Below are positions 1 to 9,150 of a DNA stretch of 40,366 nucleotides, piece after piece. The translations under genes were made by a program, and so were the position numbers. The stretch comes from a bacterium (GTDB lineage Bacteria > Pseudomonadota > Gammaproteobacteria > Arenicellales > Poriferihabitantaceae). Each line of letters begins with the position of its first letter. Positions within the stretch are counted from its first letter, which is position 1. The DNA lies in assembly GCA_051008875.1 (NCBI GenBank), contig JBPCXC010000144.1, positions 1 to 40,366 on the forward strand, written 5' to 3'. Under the pieces are notes generated by a model, which saw only the letters and a program-made list of their open reading frames with translations, had not been told where the DNA came from and did no database searches.

Positions 1-2
1 GT

Positions 3-578
3 TCGGATGAGTATCGCGATGGGCGTGCCGATTCGTTGAATCGGTGGAGCGAGCGGATTGGCGGGGGGATGGCGGCAAAGTTCGGGGCGGCGGCGTTGTT
101 TCCGTTCGGCGGGCCGCCGTATCGGCCGTTCCTGCGCTGGGCGAAGAAGGCGGAGGCGTTGCGCAATTCGCAGATCGGGATGTTGATGCATCCGCGCTTC
201 GGGCTGTGGCATGCGTATCGGTTCGCACTGGCGTTCGCCGAGGCGGTGGACGGCGTTCCGCCGAGCGAAGTCGGCGCCGACCTGTGCGCCGCGTGCGCGC
301 CGAAGCCGTGCTTGTCGGCTTGCCCGGTGGGAGCGTTCAGTGCGCGCGGCTACGATGTGCAATCCTGCTTCCGTTATCTCGAAGCCAACCCGGATTCGCG
401 ATGCATGGCCGAAGGCTGCCAAGCCCGCGTCGCTTGTCCGCAAGGCGCCGAGCATCGCTATCAGCGCGACCATGCGGCTTTCCACATGCGCGCGTTCGTG
501 GTCTCGATGGCGGCGCAAGAGTTCCCCGAGAACCCGCATGTTGCCGCGCGCGACGGCGCGGCGACGCACCGAAAATAA
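3..578 (+). CDS. 4Fe-4S ferredoxin-like protein, 5' end probably lies outside the window
   Basis: The frame is open from nt 3, and the listed start at 36 is a TTG. Cys motifs fit an Fe-S protein (CAACAPKPCLSACPVGAF, then CMAEGCQARVACP). TAA stop at 576-578. Confidence 0.5.
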   Translation, partial: SDEYRDGRADSLNRWSERIGGGMAAKFGAAALFPFGGPPYRPFLRWAKKAEALRNSQIGMLMHPRFGLWHAYRFALAFAEAVDGVPPSEVGADLCAACAPKPCLSACPVGAFSARGYDVQSCFRYLEANPDSRCMAEGCQARVACPQGAEHRYQRDHAAFHMRAFVVSMAAQEFPENPHVAARDGAATHRK

Positions 579-727
579 TCTCCGCCGCGCGCAATCCAAC
601 GTTGCTCGGACGCCGTCCATCGTGGTTTAGAATCGCCGCTTTTTAAGCGACCGCGCACGAAGCAAGCCCGCACGCATCGCCGCCAACCGACGATTCGACT
701 TAAACCCACCCGACTCACATCCCGACC

Positions 728-2752
728 ATGCCCTACCAACTAGGCATCGACACTGGCGGTACCTACACCGACGCCGCGTTGATCGACGCCGAGCGCAATG
801 TCGTCGCCAAGAACAAGAGCCTGACCACGCGCTACGACTTGACCATCGGCATCGGCAACGCGCTCGAGGATTTGCCGGCGCGCGCGCTCGAGGCGGTCAA
901 CTTGGTAGCGTTGTCCACCACCTTGTCGACCAACTCGGTGGTCGAGGGACGCGGCGCGCCGGTCTCGATCTTGCTGCCCGGATACAACGCGCAGCAGATC
1001 GAGAAGAGCGGGCTCGGCGAAATCCTCGAGCGCGAGTTCATCGTCCCGCTCGCCGGTGGCCACGACGCGATCGGCGCTGAACTCGCGCCGTTGGATCTCG
1101 ACTTGGCGGCGCGCAAGATCGCCGAGCAGCAGGACTTGGTCTCGGCGTTCGCGGTCTCGGCCTTGTTCGCCACGCGCAACCCGGCGCACGAAGTCGCGCT
1201 GCGGCAACTGATCATCGAGCGCAGCGGCAAGCCGGTCGCCTGCGGCCACGAACTCGCCACCAGCCTCGGCGCGCCGCGCCGCGCGCTGACCGCGGCGTTG
1301 AACGCGCGCATGATTCTGCACATCCAAACCTTGATCGAATCGGTCGAGGCGATCCTGCGCCGACGCAACATCGCCGCGCCGTTGATGATCGTTAAGGGCG
1401 ACGGCTCGCTGGTCAACGCGCGCACCGCATTGCGCCAGCCGGTGGCGACCGTGCTGTCGGGTCCGGCGGCGAGCGTCATCGGCGCGTGCGCGCTGTCAGG
1501 CCGACGCGACGCCATCGTGGTCGACATGGGCGGCACCACCACCGACATCGCCGTGGTCGCCAACGGCAAGCCCGAACTATGCGCCGATGGCGCGCGCATC
1601 GGCGACTGGCAGCCGATGGTCGAAGCCATCCGCGTGTTCTCGGTCGGCCTCGGCGGCGACAGCGAAGTGCGCTTCAAGGGCGAACTCGCATTGTCCGGCC
1701 GACGCGTGGTGCCGATGAGTCTGTTAGCGCATCAATACCCGCAGGTGACCGCGCGGCTCGAGCAGCAGTTGCGCGAGTCGCCGAACCCGCGCCACAATCG
1801 ATTCGCGCTGCGCCTGCAGCGCAACGACGCGCTGCTGCGCCGGTTGAGCGAGACCGAGTCGCGCGCTTGGGACGCGCTCGCCGACGGGCCGATCGAACTC
1901 GATCGACTGGCCGAATCGGATCGCCCGCGACTGCGCGCGCTGGCGCGGCTGGAGCGCATGGGGCTTGCGATCTACAGCGGCTTCACGCCGTCCGACGCGA
2001 CCCATGTGCTCGGCCTGAGCGATCATTGGGACGCGCACGCGGCGACGCTGGCGGCGCGGATTTGGGCGCGGCAGATGCGCCGGTTGTACGGCTGCGGCGA
2101 CTGGGCGGAGGGCGATGCGGTCGCGCCGTGCCGGCAGGTGTTCGCGCTGGTGGTGCGCGAGATTAGTCGCACGCTGATCGAAGCCGGCTTGCATCAGCAC
2201 GACAAGTTGCGCGATTCGACCGCGCGCAACTTGACTCGCTTGCTCGGCGACATCGTGTTGGGCGACTCCAAGACCGCCGACGCATCGCCGGCGTTGTTCC
2301 AGGTCGAGTTCGCGAAGCGCTATCCGATCGTCGCCGTCGGCGGTCCGGCGCGCGACTACTTCCCCGAAGTCGCGCGGCTGTTGCGGGTCGAGTTGGATCA
2401 GCCGCCGAACGCCGAGATCGCCAACGCGGTCGGTGCCGCGCTCGGCGCGGTGGTGCAGACCGCGCACGTCACCGTGACCCAGCCGCAGTTCGGCGTGTTC
2501 TATTTGTTCCACAGCCGCCAGCCGATGGTGTTCGAGCAACTCGAACTCGCGCTCGACAAGGCGGTCGAGATCGCCGAGCGTGAAGCGACCGGCTTGGCGA
2601 AATCAGCCGGCGCCGCCGCGGTCGAAACGCGCATCGAGCGCAGCGACAATCACATCAAGCACGACATAGACGGCGAGTTGTTCGTCAGCGCGACCATCAC
2701 CGCGGTCGCCACCGGCCGACCGGACGTGCCGGAGCAGTCGCGCGTCGCGTAA
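728..2752 (+). CDS. hydantoinase/oxoprolinase-family protein (HyuA-like)
   Basis: 674 aa. The N-terminus GIDTGGTYTDAALID and the internal DMGGTTTDIAVV are the ATPase signatures of the Hydant_A_N/Hydantoinase_A family. Confidence 0.85.
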   Translation: MPYQLGIDTGGTYTDAALIDAERNVVAKNKSLTTRYDLTIGIGNALEDLPARALEAVNLVALSTTLSTNSVVEGRGAPVSILLPGYNAQQIEKSGLGEILEREFIVPLAGGHDAIGAELAPLDLDLAARKIAEQQDLVSAFAVSALFATRNPAHEVALRQLIIERSGKPVACGHELATSLGAPRRALTAALNARMILHIQTLIESVEAILRRRNIAAPLMIVKGDGSLVNARTALRQPVATVLSGPAASVIGACALSGRRDAIVVDMGGTTTDIAVVANGKPELCADGARIGDWQPMVEAIRVFSVGLGGDSEVRFKGELALSGRRVVPMSLLAHQYPQVTARLEQQLRESPNPRHNRFALRLQRNDALLRRLSETESRAWDALADGPIELDRLAESDRPRLRALARLERMGLAIYSGFTPSDATHVLGLSDHWDAHAATLAARIWARQMRRLYGCGDWAEGDAVAPCRQVFALVVREISRTLIEAGLHQHDKLRDSTARNLTRLLGDIVLGDSKTADASPALFQVEFAKRYPIVAVGGPARDYFPEVARLLRVELDQPPNAEIANAVGAALGAVVQTAHVTVTQPQFGVFYLFHSRQPMVFEQLELALDKAVEIAEREATGLAKSAGAAAVETRIERSDNHIKHDIDGELFVSATITAVATGRPDVPEQSRVA

Positions 2753-2796
2753 GTCGCGCGCTCGCGCGGGCGGCGCGTTCGCGTTTCGCGCGCGCG

Positions 2797-4878
2797 CTAA
2801 ATCTCCACATACTCGCGCTTGAACGGCACCGCGTCGGGGTCGATATCCTCGCCGAACTCGCGCGCGAAGCGATGGCCTTCGTACACCGCCGCGGCGATGG
2901 TTCCGGGCGCGAGGCAGTCGCCGATGCGCGATACCGACAACCGCGGCGACGTCGCGTTCGACTCGCGCGTCGCATCGAGGCGCGTGCGCAACGCCCGATA
3001 CAACGACTCGCGCGGGCGGCGCGCGGTCACCAGCACCGTGGTGGTCGCCTCCACCGCATGCGGCGCGTCGGCGCCGACATGGCGCAACTCGACTCGTCCG
3101 TCGCGGATGCAGTTCAGTTTGTGCTTCTCGATCAAAGTCACGCCGAGCGCGCGCAGCCGCCGCTCGATGTGTCCCTGCTCCAGCGTGTTGCGCGTCCACG
3201 CCGAGACCTCGGCGGCCGGCGTCGCCAGCGTCACGCGCGCGCCGGCGGCGACGAGTCGCTCGGCGATCACGCCGCCCATGTAATAGTGGTCGTCGTCGTA
3301 GATCAACGCATCGCCGACGACGGTCTCGCCCGCCATCACATCGTCCGGCGTGATCACGCGCACGCTATCGTCGCTTGCCATCGGCGCGCGGCGCGCGCGG
3401 CCGACGCCGTTGCGCACCCAGGTCGCGCCGACCGCGACGACGATGTGCGCGGCGCCGAGTTCTTCGGCGAAAGCGATGGCTTGCGCGGCGTCGAGTTCGC
3501 TGTGCGCGAAGCATTCCACCGCCGGCAGTCGGCGCAGTTGGCCGAGGCGATAGTCGGCGACTCGCCGCCAAGTGCTCAAGCCGGGCAGGCGACTTTCGCG
3601 CAACGTTCGTCCGCCGAACTCGTCCGCCGACTCGGCCAGGGTGACGCGGCAGCCGCGCCGGCCGAGCGACATCGCCGCCTCCAAGCCGGCCGCGCCGCCG
3701 CCGATGATCAGCACGCATTGTTCGCCGCGCGCGGCGGGGATTTTCTCGGGATGCCAGTCGCGCCGATGCTCTTCGCCCATGGTCGGATTCTGCGTGCAGC
3801 GGATCGGGCGCGCGGTCATGTCGCCGGAGACGCAGATGTTGCAGCCGATGCATTCGCGGATGTCGTCGCCACGGCCGGTTTCGATCTTGCGCGGCAGGAA
3901 CGGGTCGGCGATCGACGGCCGCGCAGCGCCGATCAGGTCGAGCACGCCGCGCTTGATCTGCGACGCCATCGCGTCCGGCGAGGTGAAGCGCCCGACGCCG
4001 ACCACCGGCTTGCCGGTGACTTGCTTGACGAACGCGGTGTATGGCTCTTGGAATCCTTCCTCGCCGAATCTCGCGCTGAGCGAATCGTTCGCCCAGTCGC
4101 TGATGTTGACGTCCCACAAGTCCGGCAACTCGGCCAGCATCTCGACCACTTCGCGTCCTTCGCGCTGCGCGCTGACGCCTTCGTCGCCGGCGAGTTCGTC
4201 CACCGCGAAACGCAACGCGACGCCGCAGCGGTCGCCGACCGCGTCCTTGGTGTCCTGCAATAACTCGCGCAGGAATCGCACGCGGTTCTCCAGACTGCCG
4301 CCGTATTCATCGCTGCGTTGATTGCGTCGGCGCGAGATGAAGTGGAACGGCAGCGCCAAGTCGTGCGCGGCGTACACATAGACGATGTCGAAGCCGATGT
4401 CGCGCGCGCGCAACGCCGCGGTGCGATGCCAGCGACGCACCGCGGCGATGTCGCGGCGAGTCATCGCGTAGGCTTGCGCCGGCTCGTCGGTGTCGAACAT
4501 CATCGCCGACACGCCCATCGCCGGCAGGCGGCTGTACAAGTTCGCCGAAGCGTGACCGTTGTGGGTAATCTCGATCGCGGCGAGCGCGCCGTGCTCATGC
4601 ACCGCGTCGGCCATCAACCGCAGCCGCTCCATGTCGCCGTCGTCCCACAAACGCCCCTCGACATACGGCGACCACTCCGAACTCGGATGGATCTCGACCT
4701 CCTGCGTCGACACCACGCCCCAGCCGCCTTCGGCCTTGAGCGCGCGCTGGCGCGCCTCGCCGCGCGGATAGAGATGCCCCATGCCGTTGCAATGCGGCAC
4801 TTGATAGAAGCGATTGCGCGTGGTCACCGGACCGATCTGCACCGGCTCGAAAAGAATGTCGTAGCGAGGATCGCGCAT
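2797..4878 (-). CDS. FMN/4Fe-4S/ADP-binding flavoprotein oxidoreductase of the trimethylamine/dimethylamine dehydrogenase - 2,4-dienoyl-CoA reductase family
   Basis: 693 aa. It has an OYE-like N-terminal barrel (FEPVQIGPVTTRNRFYQVPH), the Cys cluster CIGCNICVSGD...IRCTQNP, and then a Rossmann motif VLIIGGGAAGLEAA. Confidence 0.85.
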   Translation of the reverse strand: MRDPRYDILFEPVQIGPVTTRNRFYQVPHCNGMGHLYPRGEARQRALKAEGGWGVVSTQEVEIHPSSEWSPYVEGRLWDDGDMERLRLMADAVHEHGALAAIEITHNGHASANLYSRLPAMGVSAMMFDTDEPAQAYAMTRRDIAAVRRWHRTAALRARDIGFDIVYVYAAHDLALPFHFISRRRNQRSDEYGGSLENRVRFLRELLQDTKDAVGDRCGVALRFAVDELAGDEGVSAQREGREVVEMLAELPDLWDVNISDWANDSLSARFGEEGFQEPYTAFVKQVTGKPVVGVGRFTSPDAMASQIKRGVLDLIGAARPSIADPFLPRKIETGRGDDIRECIGCNICVSGDMTARPIRCTQNPTMGEEHRRDWHPEKIPAARGEQCVLIIGGGAAGLEAAMSLGRRGCRVTLAESADEFGGRTLRESRLPGLSTWRRVADYRLGQLRRLPAVECFAHSELDAAQAIAFAEELGAAHIVVAVGATWVRNGVGRARRAPMASDDSVRVITPDDVMAGETVVGDALIYDDDHYYMGGVIAERLVAAGARVTLATPAAEVSAWTRNTLEQGHIERRLRALGVTLIEKHKLNCIRDGRVELRHVGADAPHAVEATTTVLVTARRPRESLYRALRTRLDATRESNATSPRLSVSRIGDCLAPGTIAAAVYEGHRFAREFGEDIDPDAVPFKREYVEI

Positions 4879-4903
4879 AGTCGTCTCCGGATCGTGCGGC
4901 GGA

Positions 4904-6361
4904 TTACAAGTACCAGTCGGCTTCGGTTGGGTTCAAGTCGGATTCGCGTTCGTGTTTGTGTTTATGTTCGCGTTCATGTTCGCGTTCGCGTTCAGATTGC
5001 GCGCGCAAGAACGCTTGGTATTCAAGCGACTTGCAATGGCTGTATGCGTCCAAGTATTTTTGACCGAAGTAGTCGCGCAAAATCGCGCCGCGGCGGCATG
5101 CCTCGAACGCGCGCGGCGGGTCGAACGGCAGGTGCGGATGCAACTGTGCGCCGGCGTTTCCGGCGACCGGCGCGTCGGGCGCGAGCGATTCGCGGATGCC
5201 GTGGTGGATGCCGGCGAGCAACGCCGCCAGAGTCAGATACGGATTGGCGTCGGCGCCGGCGACGCGATGCTCGATGCGCCGCGCGCGCGCCGCGCTTTCG
5301 GCATCGCCCGCGCACGCCGGCACGCGCATCGCCACCGAACGATTCTCATGTCCCCAACTCGGGCCGACCGGCACATAACTATCGGGCACGAAGCGCCGAT
5401 ACGAGTTGATGTTCGGCGCGAAGATCGCCATCGCCTCGGCCATGCTCCGCTGCAGACCGCCGATCGCATGCAGCATCAAGTCGCCGACGCCGTCGCGCGC
5501 GCGTCGCGTGTCGTCGAACGCGTTGTCGGCGAACACGTTGTCGCCGCGTTGGTCGAGCAGGCTGATGTGCAAATGCAGACCGCTGCCGGCGTGTTCGGCG
5601 TACGGCTTCGCCATGAAGGTCGCGCGCATCGCATGCTTGCGCGCGACGCGCTGCACCGCACGGCGGAACATCACGCATTGATCGGCGGCTTCGAGCGGAC
5701 GGTCGCTGTGATGCAAATTAATCTCGAACTGCCCGGGCGCATACTCCGCCGAGATCGCGCCGGTCGCCACGCCCTGCTGCGCGCACGCGTCGCGCACTTC
5801 GTGCAGGTAGTCGCCGAAATCATCCACGCAATCAACGCTGTACACCTGCGTCGCGTCGGCGCGCCGGCGCCCGTCCGGAGTCGGCGGCGGACGCAGGCGT
5901 CCATCGTCGCGCGCCTCGTCGAGCAGATAGAACTCCAACTCGAACGCCACCACCGGACGCAGATTAAGTTCGCCGAAGCGATCGATCACGCGCGCGAGCA
6001 CGTTGCGCGGATCGAACGCATACGGCGGACGCGCGCCCGCGCCGCGCATGGTCAGCATCACCTGCGCGCCGCGCCGTCGCGCCCACGGCACCGGCGCGAG
6101 CGTGCCGCCGATCGGCGTCGCCACCTCGTCGGGATCGCCGTCGGAGAACCCGATGCCCTGCGGGTCGAGCGAATCGCCGGTCACCGCAAGCAGGAACGAC
6201 GAGCCGGGCATCATCACCCCCTCGCCGAAAACCTTCGGCGCCATCTCGATCGGATAGCGCTTGCCGCGCATCACGCACGACAAGTCGCACAAGAACGCAT
6301 CGAGATACTGCGTGTCGGGATGCTGTTGCAAATACGCGTCGAGTGGAGCGTCGGCGTTCAA
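4904..6361 (-). CDS. glutamine synthetase-family ligase (gamma-glutamyl-amine synthetase/PuuA-like)
   Basis: 485 aa with GS catalytic-domain motifs (FELEFYL, EYAPGQFEINL, MAKPY..GSGLHLHISL, NRSVAMRVP). The only in-frame start is a TTG at 6359-6361. The C-terminus carries an unusual His/Glu/Arg/Lys tail. Confidence 0.85.
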   Translation of the reverse strand: MNADAPLDAYLQQHPDTQYLDAFLCDLSCVMRGKRYPIEMAPKVFGEGVMMPGSSFLLAVTGDSLDPQGIGFSDGDPDEVATPIGGTLAPVPWARRRGAQVMLTMRGAGARPPYAFDPRNVLARVIDRFGELNLRPVVAFELEFYLLDEARDDGRLRPPPTPDGRRRADATQVYSVDCVDDFGDYLHEVRDACAQQGVATGAISAEYAPGQFEINLHHSDRPLEAADQCVMFRRAVQRVARKHAMRATFMAKPYAEHAGSGLHLHISLLDQRGDNVFADNAFDDTRRARDGVGDLMLHAIGGLQRSMAEAMAIFAPNINSYRRFVPDSYVPVGPSWGHENRSVAMRVPACAGDAESAARARRIEHRVAGADANPYLTLAALLAGIHHGIRESLAPDAPVAGNAGAQLHPHLPFDPPRAFEACRRGAILRDYFGQKYLDAYSHCKSLEYQAFLRAQSEREREHEREHKHKHERESDLNPTEADWYL

Positions 6362-6366
6362 ATCAG
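6358..6366. repeat. left copy of the 9-bp direct repeat TCAAATCAG bracketing the type II R-M cassette
   Basis: Identical 9-mer at 8115-8123. This copy contains the TTG start of the GS-family gene and sits exactly where GC content drops. Confidence 0.5.
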
Positions 6367-6415
6367 GTGATTTTTTGATTGGCTATTGGGTGCTCAGTGG
6401 AGCAGTCGCATCGGT

Positions 6416-7150
6416 TTAGTTGTTTTTATGTCCAAGATGTTTCCGTAGCACATTCTTTACATATGCTGGCATCTCTTTTTCTACCTTGATGGCTTTTTCC
6501 TTTAACTTTTCATATTCAACGATTTCTTCCCCGGACCAAAGGAGATCAAGCCGCCGAATTTCGCGCATTGCGATGTGGCTATACGATTCCGGATAAGCCC
6601 AGTAACACAATAAACAGACGGCGCTATCTTTTTTGGCCCAGTTGTCGCAATTTTCGCAACTCCATGATTTTGCTCGATTTGCGGAAGCGCAAAGTAGCAT
6701 GTATTCGTTGGTATCATCAGATAGATTTACAGCGTCACCGGCAATCTGGAATGGGATTCTGTGATCTATCTGCAGTTCCCGCTCCGGAAATGGTTCAAGA
6801 TATATGTTGCAGCGTTGTCCTTGTTTTTTAATCAGAGAGGCCTTTAGTTTGGACGAAAAAGCCGTTCTACCCGATAACTGTGCGGCGCGCACTTCTGACA
6901 AATTCCCAAACTTGTAAGCAGCTATTCTTCTGCCGTCCGAACCGGTAACACGGAAGGTTTTTAAAGGAATCCCGTTTTCCCGAACATCCCGTATGGCGCG
7001 TGGCGGGTGGTTATAGCCATATGTATCCTTAAGTTCTTCAGTCGTAATCTGCCCATGCTTGAGTATATGCTTGATTACTGTCTTAGGCCGCTTCCCTTGC
7101 ACATTGTTCAGCAGAACCAAAAAGTCCGGATGTAGTTTTTGGTTTTTCAT
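6416..7150 (-). CDS. HNH-family endonuclease, putative type II restriction enzyme
   Basis: 244 aa. HNH core QIDHRIPF...NEYMLLCASANRAKSWSCENC with flanking Cys pairs. AT-rich codon usage. Overlaps the upstream MTase gene by 4 nt (ATGA). Confidence 0.7.
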   Translation of the reverse strand: MKNQKLHPDFLVLLNNVQGKRPKTVIKHILKHGQITTEELKDTYGYNHPPRAIRDVRENGIPLKTFRVTGSDGRRIAAYKFGNLSEVRAAQLSGRTAFSSKLKASLIKKQGQRCNIYLEPFPERELQIDHRIPFQIAGDAVNLSDDTNEYMLLCASANRAKSWSCENCDNWAKKDSAVCLLCYWAYPESYSHIAMREIRRLDLLWSGEEIVEYEKLKEKAIKVEKEMPAYVKNVLRKHLGHKNN

Positions 7151-8076
7151 GCAAATACGCTTTCTTGTTGAGCGAGTCGTGTCTTTTTTGGAATTCTACT
7201 TTTTTCATTATTCAAACGATCAACCAAAGCCGGAGATAAATATAATGATTCGATTGTTTCATCAGTGTTTCCCAGCAAAGTCGATTGGCTTGATCTGCCC
7301 GCATTTATATACAGGTGTGTTAGAGAAAGCGTGCGCGGCAATTTCTTGCCATGTGATTTGTTCCCCGTTTGTCCGTCATAACTAACGATGTAGGAAATGT
7401 CTTTTCGATTCATTTCTTGAAGCGCGACAACAAATTCATCATAGGGTAGTCCACTCAAATAGCGATGGTCTCGCGTAAAAGATGTACCCTGATAGGGCGG
7501 GTCGAGATATATCAAATCGGTCTTCTCGGCTTTGGCGATGACTTCTCGAAAATCAACCGCGGACAGCGTGGTCTTGCCGGAAAGCAAGGCGGATACAGCG
7601 ATAATTTGCCTACGCATGGCGGCTGGCCGCATTCCGGAGCGGCGGTTGTCCGGGCTTTGATTGAATGAACCCGATGAACTGTATCGGACCGAACCCTTTA
7701 CGATACGCGCCAACAGATAGAGAAAATGATGCGGTTGATGCGACGCGTTGAATTGATCGCGTATGTCAAGGAAGTACTCTTTTTTGCGAGGGTGTTGTTC
7801 ATTCCACAACTTTTCATAAGATTGGGTTAGCTCTATAGGGCGATCTAATATTTCCCGCCAAAGCGCAATTAACGGCGCATTTAAGTCGTTCAGAATAACC
7901 CTTCGCGCAAGTCCACGCGCCAAGGCAGCGATAGAAACTGCGCTGGCACCGCAAAAAGGTTCAACCAAGCATTCAACATCGTGCGGGAAATGCGGGAGAA
8001 TGTGTCTTGCAATCTCTCGTTTGCTCCCTTGATAGGGAAATGGGTGTGGCGCCTGGGTGTCACTTGGCATTTTCAT
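7147..8076 (-). CDS. Dam-class (D12, alpha) N6-adenine DNA methyltransferase
   Basis: 309 aa. SAM motif VEPFCGASAV near the N-terminus and catalytic DPPYQG later, which is the alpha-class order. PYQGSKR start typical of MethyltransfD12. Confidence 0.85.
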   Translation of the reverse strand: MKMPSDTQAPHPFPYQGSKREIARHILPHFPHDVECLVEPFCGASAVSIAALARGLARRVILNDLNAPLIALWREILDRPIELTQSYEKLWNEQHPRKKEYFLDIRDQFNASHQPHHFLYLLARIVKGSVRYSSSGSFNQSPDNRRSGMRPAAMRRQIIAVSALLSGKTTLSAVDFREVIAKAEKTDLIYLDPPYQGTSFTRDHRYLSGLPYDEFVVALQEMNRKDISYIVSYDGQTGNKSHGKKLPRTLSLTHLYINAGRSSQSTLLGNTDETIESLYLSPALVDRLNNEKSRIPKKTRLAQQESVFA

Positions 8077-8114
8077 GTAATTATTCTACCGCAATTGCCA
8101 CTGTTAATCGCAAG

Positions 8115-8123
8115 TCAAATCAG
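8115..8123. repeat. right copy of the 9-bp direct repeat TCAAATCAG
   Basis: Identical to 6358-6366. This copy contains the TGA stop of the EamA gene (8120-8122). Confidence 0.5.
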
Positions 8124-9007
8124 CGATGGCGCATCATCCTGTACTCCCGTCGCGCGATGAACACGCCGCTGGTGACGACGATCGCGGCGCCGAGCAGGGT
8201 TGGCGGGTCGAGCACTTCGCCGTAGACGAAGAAGCCGATGATTATCGCCCACACCAGGATGAAGTAGTTGAACGGCTGCAGCACCACCGCCGGCGCGAGT
8301 TCGAGCGCCTTGACCAGCAGCAGGTGGCCGATGATCGAGGTGATGCTGATCAGCCCGAGTCCGAGCGCGGCGTCGGTGGTCATCGGCCGCCAGTTGAACG
8401 GCGCCAGCAGCATCGAGCCGGCGAAGCCGATCACGCCCATGTACAGCAGCGAGGTCTCGAACGAGTCGTGGCGCGCGACCTTGCGCGTCAGCAAGTTGTA
8501 CAGCGCGAACATGAACGCCGCGAGCAGCGCGATCGGTGCCGCCGGATTGAACGCCGCGGCGTCGGGGCGCAGGATGATCAGCGTGCCGACGAAGCCGCAC
8601 AGCACCGCGAGCCATCGCCGCCAGCCGACCGTCTCGCCGAGCAGCGGCACCGACAGCGCGGTGATGATCAGCGGGAAGCAGACGAACAGCGAATGCATCT
8701 CGGCCAGCCCGAGGAACTGGATGGTGTAGGCGAAGACGATGATCTCGCCGGCGACCAGCAGCCCGCGGAACACTTGCAGCCCGGGCCGGTGCGAACGCCA
8801 CGCCGCCTTGATGCCGCAGCGGCGCGCGACATAGATCAACGCGAACAAGGTGAAAAAGAAGAACCGCACCGCGACGATCTGCGACGCCGACAAGGTCTGG
8901 ATCAAATGCTTGGTCAGCGCATCCTGCGAAGCGAAGAACAAAGTCGCGCCAAGCAGCATGACGATCGCCGCGGTGGTCGTTCTCGGAACGCCGATGGATG
9001 GATTCAT
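8120..9007 (-). CDS. EamA/DMT-family transporter
   Basis: About 10 hydrophobic segments in two EamA-like halves, with host-like high GC. I prefer the ATG at 9005-9007 (MNPSIGVPRTTTAAIVMLL...) over the Arg/Pro-rich extension to 9070. Confidence 0.8.
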   Translation of the reverse strand: MNPSIGVPRTTTAAIVMLLGATLFFASQDALTKHLIQTLSASQIVAVRFFFFTLFALIYVARRCGIKAAWRSHRPGLQVFRGLLVAGEIIVFAYTIQFLGLAEMHSLFVCFPLIITALSVPLLGETVGWRRWLAVLCGFVGTLIILRPDAAAFNPAAPIALLAAFMFALYNLLTRKVARHDSFETSLLYMGVIGFAGSMLLAPFNWRPMTTDAALGLGLISITSIIGHLLLVKALELAPAVVLQPFNYFILVWAIIIGFFVYGEVLDPPTLLGAAIVVTSGVFIARREYRMMRHR

Positions 9008-9081
9008 GTGCGTTGATGGTGGTGGCGGCAAACGCCGACGATGCGGCAGGCGGGCGGCGCAGTTTAGCACGCGGGCGACGA

Positions 9082-9110
9082 TTGATTGGGCCAGCGTTTT
9101 TCTATATATT
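9082..9110 (+). promoter_or_regulatory. sigma70-like promoter candidate for the res-mod operon
   Basis: TTGATT (9082-9087), 17-nt spacer, TATATT (9105-9110), about 120 nt upstream of the res ATG and at the point where the sequence turns AT-rich. Confidence 0.4.
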
Positions 9111-9150
9111 CACCGCCCGATTCGGTGATCAACCACTAACGAGGCGAAAT

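Noticed and set aside
628-633. TAGAAT hexamer upstream of the hydantoinase gene as a promoter -10
   Set aside because: No acceptable -35 lies at 16-18-nt spacing (CTCGGA at the 17-nt position).
2753-2796. GC-rich quasi-palindrome between the convergent hydantoinase and flavoprotein genes as a bidirectional terminator
   Set aside because: The CGCG-type self-complementarity is pervasive in this composition. I could not draw an unambiguous stem with flanking T/A tracts.
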